In this document: positions 55,952 through 64,000 of the stretch, piece by piece | Position numbering within the stretch: the first letter of the stretch is position 1 | Layout: every line of letters starts with the position of its first letter | DNA from: a plasmid | DNA length: 64,000 nucleotides | Sequence record: NZ_CP069608.1 | Direction: 5' to 3' (one strand) | Made by a program: the position numbers and the translations under genes | The notes under the pieces: generated by a model | Databases searched by the model: none | What the model was told of the DNA's origin: nothing | What the model saw: only the letters and a program-made list of their open reading frames with translations

Positions 55952-56278
55952 GTAACATATTATTGTTATTAAAAATCGAGATGATTTTATAACTTCTTTC
56001 AGTTAATTCATTAATTTTTAATAAAGAAGCGCACATTTTGAACATTATCTTTATTTTTTATCCCCACTTTATATCTAGAACATATTTTAGATAATGATTG
56101 GAAACTTTCTCCGTTAACTACGTTAATGCTAGTATTTGTTTGTTCAGAAAACTTTATGCCGTGCTAGGAAGCGTTCTTGAGTACAAGATAAAAACAGTGA
56201 TCTTACACTTTATGGATTAAGAGCTGAATATTAAGTTCTTAAGAAAGGAAATATTATTAATTGTTTAGTAAATATCCA

Positions 56279-56346
56279 TTGACACATTAGAAGTATGCTA
56301 CATATAATGAAAACAAACATATGAACATATGAGTTATTGTTCATAT
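56279..56346 (+). promoter_or_regulatory. Second copy of the TTGACACATTA-type promoter with a TGAACA/TGTTCA operator.
   Basis: TTGACA 56279-56284, TATAAT 56303-56308, ATATGAACATATGAGTTATTGTTCATAT. Confidence 0.45.
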
Positions 56347-56364
56347 ATTCAAGGATGTGAAAAT

Positions 56365-56766
56365 ATGATAACAAATAAAGAAACTAAAACAGTGGCGACA
56401 ATTCAGGAAACGTGCAGTCAAACGGTTATTCACGAAGAAGTCGTAGCAAAAGTAAAAGAGACAACACCAGATCAAGAAGTCTTAACAAATGTCGCAGAGC
56501 TATTTAAGGTATTAGGCGATCGAACAAGAACACGTATTCTCCATGCTTTATTTGAAACAGAAATGTGTGTATGTGACTTGGCTTATCTATTAGAAATGAC
56601 ACAATCATCCATTTCTCATCAGTTACGTGTCTTGAAGCAAGCTAAGCTGGTTAAAAATCGTAAAGCAGGAAAAGTAGTATATTACTCACTTGCTGATCAT
56701 CATGTGATTCAAATTTTCAATCAGGCATTCCAACATGTCACTGAAGATAGCATAAAAGAAGAATAG
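56365..56766 (+). CDS. ArsR/SmtB-family metalloregulator (CzrA/CadC-like).
   Basis: LGDRTRTRILHAL...CVCDLAYLLEMTQSSISHQLRVL. Confidence 0.75.
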   Translation: MITNKETKTVATIQETCSQTVIHEEVVAKVKETTPDQEVLTNVAELFKVLGDRTRTRILHALFETEMCVCDLAYLLEMTQSSISHQLRVLKQAKLVKNRKAGKVVYYSLADHHVIQIFNQAFQHVTEDSIKEE

Positions 56767-56779
56767 AGGCGAGGAATCG

Positions 56780-59167
56780 ATGGAAGAACAAAAGCAAAAA
56801 GTGAAACGGGAACTGTTACTTGAAGGATTAGATTGTGCCAACTGTGCTCTTAAAATTGAAAATGGAGTAAAGGGTATACAAGGAGTATCTTCATGTTCTG
56901 TTAACTTTGTTACAAAGACTCTTACCTTAGAGACTGATAATACTCAAGAAGGAACAGTTATATTAGAGGCAAAGAAAAAAGTGAAAACGTTAGAACCTCA
57001 TATCAATATACAAGAAAAAGGGGCTTCTAAAAGAACTGCTGCTGTAAGAACTTTTTATCTAAAAGGATTAGATTGTGCAAATTGCGCAGCCAAAATTGAA
57101 CAAGGAGTAGGAAAACTAGAAGGAGTAACATCTTCTACTGTTGATTTTGTTTCTAAAAAACTAATTATGGAAGCTTCTAACCCAGATCAACTAGATCAAT
57201 TAGAAAATGAAGCTACAAAGATTGTGAAGAAGTTAGAGCCCGAAGTAGAAGTTATATCAGAGTCTCATAAACACGATGACGGTCATGATCATGGTCATGG
57301 TCACGACCATGATCACGGAAGTGAAAATACTAAAAAAATGTTTGCACGATTAGGAATAGGTGCTGTGCTAGCCGGAATCGGAATGTTTGCTCCTGTTTCC
57401 GGAGTGGCAGAGCTTGGATTATTTCTCATTGCTTATCTCATTATAGGTGGAGATATCGTTTTACGAGCTGTTAAAAATATTCTAAGAGGGCAAGTCTTTG
57501 ATGAACATTTTCTTATGGCTTTAGCAACCATCGGAGCATTTGCTATTAAACAGTACCCTGAAGGGGTTGCAGTTATGCTCTTCTACCAAGTGGGAGAATT
57601 ATTCCAAAGCATTGCTGTAAATCGTTCTCGTAAGTCTATTAGCGCATTGATGGATATTCGACCAGATTCTGCGAATGTAAAACGTGGAAGTGAATTCATA
57701 AAAGTTTCTCCAGAAGACGTAAATATAGGCGATATCATCTTGATTAAACCTGGCGAAAAAGTTCCACTAGATGGAAAAGTATTAGTTGGTACTTCAATGA
57801 TGGATACATCAGCTTTAACGGGAGAATCTGTACCACGAGAAGTAGAAGTCGGAAGCGATGTGCTTAGTGGGTTTATTAATAAGAATGGTGTCTTAACCGT
57901 AGAAGTAACAAAAGGATTTGAAGAATCAACCGTATCTAAAATTTTAGAGTTAGTTCAAAATGCAAGTAGTCGAAAAGCACCAACAGAAAACTTCATTACA
58001 AAATTTGCTCGTTATTACACTCCAGTTGTAGTAATTGTGGCAACAGCATTAGCTGTTTTACCACCGTTATTGATTAGTGGTGCTACTTTTTCAGATTGGA
58101 TTTATCGTGCACTAGTATTCTTAGTTATTTCTTGTCCTTGTGCACTTGTCGTTTCAATTCCATTAGGATTCTTTGGAGGAATAGGTGCTGCATCCAAAAC
58201 AGGTATTCTTGTAAAAGGAAGTAACTATTTAGAAGCGTTAAACGACGTTAAATATGTTGTATTTGATAAAACTGGTACATTGACCAAAGGTGTATTTAAA
58301 GTAACAAGTATTCGTCCTAAGTTTAACTTTACAAAAGAACAAGTTTTGGAATATGCAGCTTTAGCTGAAGTTCATTCTAATCATCCAATTGCGGAGTCTA
58401 TCCGCAAGGCATATGGAAAGAAAATAAATGAAGATGCAATACAGGAATATAATGAAATTTCAGGACATGGTATTTCGGTTACAGTAGATGGAAAAGAAAT
58501 TGCAGCTGGAAATGCTAAGCTTATGAACAAAGAACAAATCTCTTTTCAACGACCAGATGAAATTGGAACCATTGTTCATGTCGCTGTAGATAAACAATAC
58601 GCTGGATACATTGTTATTTCAGATGAAGTGAAAGAGGATTCTAATCAAGCCATTCAAGCCTTAAAAGCATTAGGCATTAAAAAGACAGTCATGCTAACTG
58701 GAGATGCGAAAGCAGTTGGAGATTCTGTGGGTAAACAGTTAGGGTTGGATGAAGTTCATGCAGAGTTGTTACCTCAACATAAGGTAGAGAAAATCGAGAA
58801 TTTAGATAAAGAAAAATCTCCAAAAGAAAAAATTATATTTGTAGGCGATGGTATTAACGATACACCTGTTTTAGCACGAGCAGATGTTGGAATTGCCATG
58901 GGGGGACTAGGGTCAGATGCAGCCATTGAGGCAGCAGACATTGTCATTATGACAGATGAGCCTTCTAAAATCCCAACAGCTATTGGTATCGCTAAACGTA
59001 CTCGTCGCATCGTATGGCAAAATATTTTATTTGCCTTGGGAGTTAAAGTTATCTTCTTACTATTAGGTGCATTTGGAATTGCAACCATGTGGGAAGCTGT
59101 CTTTTCAGATGTGGGTGTAACGTTGCTAGCTGTTTTAAATGCCATGCGTGTATTACGTTTGAAATAA
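56780..59167 (+). CDS. cadA: Cd/Zn-translocating P1B-ATPase with two HMA domains and a His-rich linker.
   Basis: GLDCANCA twice. SCPCALVVSIP. DKTGTLT. GDGINDTPVL. HKHDDGHDHGHGHDHDHG. Confidence 0.85.
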   Translation: MEEQKQKVKRELLLEGLDCANCALKIENGVKGIQGVSSCSVNFVTKTLTLETDNTQEGTVILEAKKKVKTLEPHINIQEKGASKRTAAVRTFYLKGLDCANCAAKIEQGVGKLEGVTSSTVDFVSKKLIMEASNPDQLDQLENEATKIVKKLEPEVEVISESHKHDDGHDHGHGHDHDHGSENTKKMFARLGIGAVLAGIGMFAPVSGVAELGLFLIAYLIIGGDIVLRAVKNILRGQVFDEHFLMALATIGAFAIKQYPEGVAVMLFYQVGELFQSIAVNRSRKSISALMDIRPDSANVKRGSEFIKVSPEDVNIGDIILIKPGEKVPLDGKVLVGTSMMDTSALTGESVPREVEVGSDVLSGFINKNGVLTVEVTKGFEESTVSKILELVQNASSRKAPTENFITKFARYYTPVVVIVATALAVLPPLLISGATFSDWIYRALVFLVISCPCALVVSIPLGFFGGIGAASKTGILVKGSNYLEALNDVKYVVFDKTGTLTKGVFKVTSIRPKFNFTKEQVLEYAALAEVHSNHPIAESIRKAYGKKINEDAIQEYNEISGHGISVTVDGKEIAAGNAKLMNKEQISFQRPDEIGTIVHVAVDKQYAGYIVISDEVKEDSNQAIQALKALGIKKTVMLTGDAKAVGDSVGKQLGLDEVHAELLPQHKVEKIENLDKEKSPKEKIIFVGDGINDTPVLARADVGIAMGGLGSDAAIEAADIVIMTDEPSKIPTAIGIAKRTRRIVWQNILFALGVKVIFLLLGAFGIATMWEAVFSDVGVTLLAVLNAMRVLRLK

Positions 59168-59381
59168 ATAACAAATAGAGCTGACCAATTTTATACTGGT
59201 CAGCTTTATTTGTTATTTATAACACCTGTAATTAAGAATTTTCTACTACAATCTTTGTCATATTTTGACCACTTTTTCTTCATAACTATTTTATATAATT
59301 GAATATGATCCATGTTGAAAATTAACTACCTATGACTATGAGAAAAATCATTTGATAAAACACGAAGAGAGGCCTTAATCA

Positions 59382-59603
59382 ATGTTAACGCAAAAAATTA
59401 TCATACTGCTATTCATTATAGTATTCACCCTTGCAGCTTTTTCTACTTATCATCTGTTTGTCACTGATTCATATTTTAACCTAAAAACAGCTTTTCGTTT
59501 ACTGAATCATATTCCTTTTAGTTTGACAAACATATTTATTTTAATATTCGGTGTCTTAGGTGGTGTAGTGTTCTTTCTTAAACGATTTAAGGTCAAGAAA
59601 TAA
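59382..59603 (+). CDS. Small membrane protein.
   Basis: Two TM helices within 73 aa. Confidence 0.3.
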   Translation: MLTQKIIILLFIIVFTLAAFSTYHLFVTDSYFNLKTAFRLLNHIPFSLTNIFILIFGVLGGVVFFLKRFKVKK

Positions 59604-59767
59604 ATACTGTAATAAGCGTATTTATGAGGCTTAAAAATGCACCTAAAGTCTTCAAAGGAAGCTTAAAATATAGGAAATAAAAAGTTATGAGCTGTTTTAA
59701 ATTACATGAGGGACATTAATGTAATGTCCCTCACCTTTTTAGTCTTACATTATTTATAACTAATTTA

Positions 59768-61030
59768 TTATTTTGTTTCCTTTAATTCATTATGATTATT
59801 CTTCATTCCCTTTTTTAGAAAAAATAAGAAAGATAAACATAGTCCTGCTCCAATCCCCACTGTTAAATTAGTAAAGACGGTGAGCAAAAAAGTGGTCGTT
59901 AAAATCAATGAATGTGTAGATTTATCTTTTAGAATAGTAGAGAATTGTTCTCTTTTACTTATATTCCATGCTACCATCATTAAAACAGGAGCCAAACTAG
60001 CAAGGGAAACGTATGAAGCATATGGTGCAAGTAATAATAAAACAAATAACACAAATAAAGCATGCGTTATTCCTGCAATAGGTGAAGAGGCGCCATTTTT
60101 TATATTTGTTACAGTCCGTGCTATTTCTCCTGCAGCTGGAATTCCATGAAATAAAGGGGTAACCATATTTACAATTCCCTGACCGATTAACTCCCTTTTG
60201 CTACAATGTTTGGATTGAGTCATTTCGTCCGCAACCCGAGCTGTCAACAAAGATTGCAACCCTACAAGTACTGCTATGACAAAAGATGAGGGTAAGAGAG
60301 TTATCATCTTGTCAACGGTAACTTGGGGGAAATGAGGTATAGGAAGCTGATTTGGAATTTTTCCATAAATTGAACTGATGGTTTCAATTTGACTTGAAAA
60401 GAGCATAGATGAAATTAAACTCGAAAAAAGTATTCCTAACAAATAAGAAACCCCTATAGATTTAGGAAAAAAATGCAGAACAACTAGAATGATTAACAAA
60501 CAAAGGGCTGCAGTAATTACACTATAGATATTCACTCTAGTAAGGTTTTCAAATATTTCTTTCATATTTAGATAGAAGTATTTGGATTTATCAATATTAT
60601 GCAACCCTAACAGATTTGGGATTTGTCCAGTAAAAATAATAACAGCAATACCAGACTGAAAGCCTATAATTGTTGATTGAGGGAAAAACTTAATTAAGCT
60701 TCCTACTTTGCATATTGCAAAGATAATTAGTAAAATACCTGACATAAATCCTGCAATTAAGAGGTTTTCATATCCAAATTGCAACATAATACCTAATAAA
60801 ACCGGAACAAAAGCACCAGTGGGCCCACCAATTTGAAATCGAGAACCTCCAAATATAGAAATTAATAAACCAGCTACAATGGTTGTGTAAAGTCCTGTAA
60901 CAGGGTTTATACCTGAAGCAATAGCAAATCCTAAACCTAACGGAATAGCTATGATACCAACTACAATTCCTGATAGTACGTCCCTTTTTAAATGATCTAC
61001 AGAGTATCCTCTAAGTGTCTCTAATTTCAT
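59768..61030 (-). CDS. SulP-family anion permease, transmembrane core only (no STAS domain).
   Basis: SulP N-terminal signature GLYTTIVAGLLISIFGGSRFQIGGPTGAF. 420 aa. Confidence 0.5.
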   Translation of the reverse strand: MKLETLRGYSVDHLKRDVLSGIVVGIIAIPLGLGFAIASGINPVTGLYTTIVAGLLISIFGGSRFQIGGPTGAFVPVLLGIMLQFGYENLLIAGFMSGILLIIFAICKVGSLIKFFPQSTIIGFQSGIAVIIFTGQIPNLLGLHNIDKSKYFYLNMKEIFENLTRVNIYSVITAALCLLIILVVLHFFPKSIGVSYLLGILFSSLISSMLFSSQIETISSIYGKIPNQLPIPHFPQVTVDKMITLLPSSFVIAVLVGLQSLLTARVADEMTQSKHCSKRELIGQGIVNMVTPLFHGIPAAGEIARTVTNIKNGASSPIAGITHALFVLFVLLLLAPYASYVSLASLAPVLMMVAWNISKREQFSTILKDKSTHSLILTTTFLLTVFTNLTVGIGAGLCLSFLFFLKKGMKNNHNELKETK

Positions 61031-61603
61031 GGATATATATTACCCTCCTAATTGATAAAGAATCTGCTATAGACTTTATTTTTATGCTGCATTAATAACT
61101 TGTTTTTTATTTTTAAAGGTTAATTCCATATCTAGGTCAGACATTCCAATAATTCCGCAATGTTCATCTTAATTAAAATGTTATAGAACAGACGTTCCGT
61201 TGGTAGGCACATGTATTGAGGTCATAGTATTCAGATTATTGTATTTAACCGTTTTATGTGTTTTACTTCTCCTTTATTAAAATTTTACTATCACAAAACT
61301 CTATCACCTCTCTAAATTTAATTATTAACTACTTAATAATTTAAGAGATAAAATTGAAGAAATGGTGAAGTTTTCTACTTTAGATTCTTTTTACCTATTT
61401 TATTAAAAAGCGCGTCTTCTTACCTAAATAAAAACTTCATAATTTCTTCAAAGTTATAATGTAAAATTTAAAGTAAAATTGAAAATAATTAGTATAGAGG
61501 ATGTAATCTCAAAGTTTAGCAAAATTATAATAGTTTTGTTAGAAATGAACCTACTTTTGCTATAGTAGATTTTATCTTTTAATTGGATGCGGGAGGAACT
61601 TTT

Positions 61604-62302
61604 ATGAAAAAGAAGATATTAATTGTCGATGATGAGTGGAATATGAGGAATTTATTAAAAATTTATTTAAAAGATGAATTTCACGTTATAGAAGCTGATG
61701 ATGGGGGTACAGCTTTATCCCTTATCTATGCAGAACATTTTGACCTTATCATACTGGATATTATGCTACCAAATATAGATGGTTGGAAAATATGTAAAGA
61801 GATAAGAAAAGAAAAAAACACTCCTATCCTCATGTTAACAGCTCGTAACGAATTAAAGGATAAGGTTTATGGACTGGGAATTGGAGCTGATGATTATTTA
61901 GGAAAGCCCTTTGAACCTGATGAGTTAGTTGCTCGAGTAAAATCTTTGTTGAGACGATCATTTATGAATGAAAATCATCTTGAAAATGTTTTAGTATTTG
62001 GAGAACAGTTATTGATTATAAAGACAGATAGTAGAATAGTTTTTGTGAAAGGAGAGAAATTGGATTTGACTCCTAAAGAATATGATGTTTTTTACTTATT
62101 AGCTAAGCAACCTCATCGTTTATTTACAAGGGATGTATTATTAGATGTAGTTTGGGGGCTTAAGGATATAAAAGATGTAAGAACGGTTGATACACACATT
62201 AAAAATATTCGAATAAAGGTAAAACAGAAGATACCCACTTATAATCCTATAAAAACGGTCTGGGGTCTTGGATATAGATTTGACCCAGTAGATGAAGAAT
62301 GA
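61604..62302 (+). CDS. OmpR-family response regulator.
   Basis: Receiver (ILIVDDE...LILDIMLP) and winged-helix (LTPKEYDVFYLLAKQPHRLFTRDVLL). GGGAGG ribosome-binding site. Confidence 0.8.
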   Translation: MKKKILIVDDEWNMRNLLKIYLKDEFHVIEADDGGTALSLIYAEHFDLIILDIMLPNIDGWKICKEIRKEKNTPILMLTARNELKDKVYGLGIGADDYLGKPFEPDELVARVKSLLRRSFMNENHLENVLVFGEQLLIIKTDSRIVFVKGEKLDLTPKEYDVFYLLAKQPHRLFTRDVLLDVVWGLKDIKDVRTVDTHIKNIRIKVKQKIPTYNPIKTVWGLGYRFDPVDEE

Positions 62303-63717
62303 TGAGATGGAATAGTATTGTTTTTAAATTAGGACTCACTATTTTTATTATTTTAGTAAGTGTACTCTTACCACTTATTTATGCTATCAACCAGTTATTT
62401 TCTGGTTTCTATTTAAGTGAGAATCACCATCAAGTTGACCGATTAGCTGATAAATACTCTAATATTCTGAAGAGTACAGAAGATCTTGCTTCTCTTACAA
62501 CAGTTGCTAACTTAACAGAAACGGAAATCTGTATTATTGATCAAAAGGGAAAGATTCTATATAGCTCTAATAAAGGTCTCTTTCGCTCAGGTAACCATGT
62601 ATCAAATAAGTTATTACAAACGCTTAATTCAAAACAAACCGTCCAAATAGAATATCAGAACCCGACAAATAACACTAATTACATTGTTTCCGGAAAACCT
62701 CTACGTTTATCAAATAAAGTAAGTGGGGGATTATTAGTGTTTTCAGATGCTGAGCATATAAAAAACTCTGTTCGTCATATGCAATTGTTGTTAGTGGTAT
62801 CTTTAGTTGGAGCCTTGTTTATTGCATTAGGATTTACTTACATTGCCTCAAAGAAACTTGCTTCTCCCCTTCTAGAAATGGAAAAAGTAACACGGGAAGT
62901 AGCTAAAGGAAAATTCTATAATAAAGTAGATGTTTCTTCAAATGATGAAGTAAGGTCCTTAGCTTTAGCTATAAATGATTTAGGCCAAGAATTAGAAAGG
63001 TACAGAAATAGGCAGAGAGATTTCTTTGCTAATATCTCTCATGATTTAAGAACGCCTATCTCTTATATTAAAGGTTACACACAAGTAATTTACGATAAAC
63101 TTTATACAGATGAAAAAGAAAAAGAACAATATTTATCCATTATTATAAATGAAGTGAATCAACTAAATGTATTAATAGACGACCTATTTGAATTGTCTAA
63201 ACTTGAAGGAGGACAATTAGAGCTATATCTAAATTGGATTAATGTTCAAGAATTAATTGAGGGATGTCTCAATAAAGTAAGATTAAAAGCAAAACAGAAG
63301 AAGATACAACTCTCCATACAACTAAAGGATAATATTCCTTATATCTATACAGATGGTGCACGCTTAGAGCAGCTTTTAATGAACATACTAGAGAATGCAA
63401 TACGCTATAACAAGTTAAATGGTCATATAGAGATAAAAGGGTGGATAGAGAAAAAGAAAGTTTATTTATCCATAAAAGATACGGGCGTCGGTATAGCAGA
63501 AGAAGATCTTCCATACATTTTTGAAAGGTTTTATAAAACAGATAAATCTCGGTCAAATCGTTTAGGGAGCACAGGTCTCGGATTGTCAATAGTTAAACAC
63601 CTTGTTTTATTATTAGAAGGAGAAATAAAAGTAAAGAGCACCTTACATAAAGGAACTACTTTTCTTATTACCTTACCCTCTAAAATAAAGGGAGACGTAC
63701 AAGATGAAAAGCTTTAA
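62299..63717 (+). CDS. Sensor histidine kinase (two TM, HAMP, HisKA, HATPase_c).
   Basis: H-box FFANISHDLRTPISYIKGY. N, G1 and G2 boxes. Start overlaps the regulator gene. Confidence 0.8.
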   Translation: MMRWNSIVFKLGLTIFIILVSVLLPLIYAINQLFSGFYLSENHHQVDRLADKYSNILKSTEDLASLTTVANLTETEICIIDQKGKILYSSNKGLFRSGNHVSNKLLQTLNSKQTVQIEYQNPTNNTNYIVSGKPLRLSNKVSGGLLVFSDAEHIKNSVRHMQLLLVVSLVGALFIALGFTYIASKKLASPLLEMEKVTREVAKGKFYNKVDVSSNDEVRSLALAINDLGQELERYRNRQRDFFANISHDLRTPISYIKGYTQVIYDKLYTDEKEKEQYLSIIINEVNQLNVLIDDLFELSKLEGGQLELYLNWINVQELIEGCLNKVRLKAKQKKIQLSIQLKDNIPYIYTDGARLEQLLMNILENAIRYNKLNGHIEIKGWIEKKKVYLSIKDTGVGIAEEDLPYIFERFYKTDKSRSNRLGSTGLGLSIVKHLVLLLEGEIKVKSTLHKGTTFLITLPSKIKGDVQDEKL

Positions 63718-63889
63718 ACGATATCTTCCACTTTTATTTATTATTTTAGGTATTTTCTGTCTAGTAGCTGTTAGCAACTCTTTATATGTAGATAAGCATT
63801 TTCTTAAAGCGTTAATAGGAATAGTTGTTCTAATGTCCTTTCCTACTCTTTTTCTGTTTATTTATCGTAAGGTAATGAGAAAAAAGTGA
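63704..63889 (+). CDS. Small membrane protein translationally coupled to the kinase gene.
   Basis: 61 aa with two hydrophobic segments. Confidence 0.3.
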   Translation: MKSFKRYLPLLFIILGIFCLVAVSNSLYVDKHFLKALIGIVVLMSFPTLFLFIYRKVMRKK

Positions 63890-64000
63890 AAATTTTATAA
63901 AATATGTTATTTGTCTTCAAAAACTGAATCTGGTTAAGTATGTTCATTAAAAAACAGGATTTTCATTTCTTTTATCTAATTTTATCAAATAAAGATGCAT

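Noticed and set aside
1-64000. CRISPR arrays, rRNA and tRNA genes.
   Set aside because: No regularly spaced direct repeats with unique spacers and no rRNA- or tRNA-like conserved stretches were seen. The tandem repeats present are in-frame coding repeats.

Overview
Low-GC Firmicutes (Bacillus-like) sequence that reads as a segment of a large conjugative plasmid or ICE. No rRNA, tRNA or CRISPR was seen. Almost everything from 1 to 34.8 kb is on the minus strand.

Main features by coordinate:
(1) 1-842: partial tyrosine recombinase running off the window start.
(2) 1.4-9.4 kb: leading-region-like block with an Mrr-like endonuclease, a Toprim/DUF3991 protein, and an ArdC-like anti-restriction gene. 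The ardC gene is split in two by a 3.45 kb recombinase-in-trio (RIT) element with ~95 bp terminal inverted repeats.
(3) 9.4-11.9 kb: MOB module with a histidine-triad relaxase flanked by paralogous small accessory proteins, two ribbon-helix-helix (RHH) proteins, and an oriT-like region with two hairpins plus five TGTGAACCT direct repeats.
(4) 11.9-34.3 kb: Gram-positive type IV secretion operon (CwlT-like hydrolase, VirB4, VirB6/TcpH-like protein with serine-rich tandem repeats, VirD4 coupling protein). Three separate ORF-containing group II introns interrupt three different genes: the coupling protein, a 101-aa membrane protein, and a 171-aa protein. Exon junctions could be reconstructed in frame for all three.
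(5) 34.5-35.4 kb: divergent XRE-family switch at the head of the transfer operon.
(6) 35.5-39.0 kb: unusual module of a multi-TM histidine kinase, a LuxR-type response regulator, an alpha/beta hydrolase and a hydrophobic 98-aa protein.
(7) 39.2-44.3 kb: replication/partition-like region with iteron-like repeats, a putative Rep, a ParB/Srx-fold protein and two paralogous MerR-HTH coiled-coil proteins.
(8) 44.9-63.7 kb: heavy-metal resistance island. It carries a CopD-like protein, a methyltransferase, CadC/CadA (with an unusual CCSS-repeat N-terminus), a ZIP permease, an ISL3 element with an 8-bp target duplication between paralogous Cys-motif lipoproteins, a His-rich zinc-ribbon protein, CzcD, a second ArsR plus Cd/Zn ATPase, a truncated SulP-family permease, and an OmpR-type two-component system.
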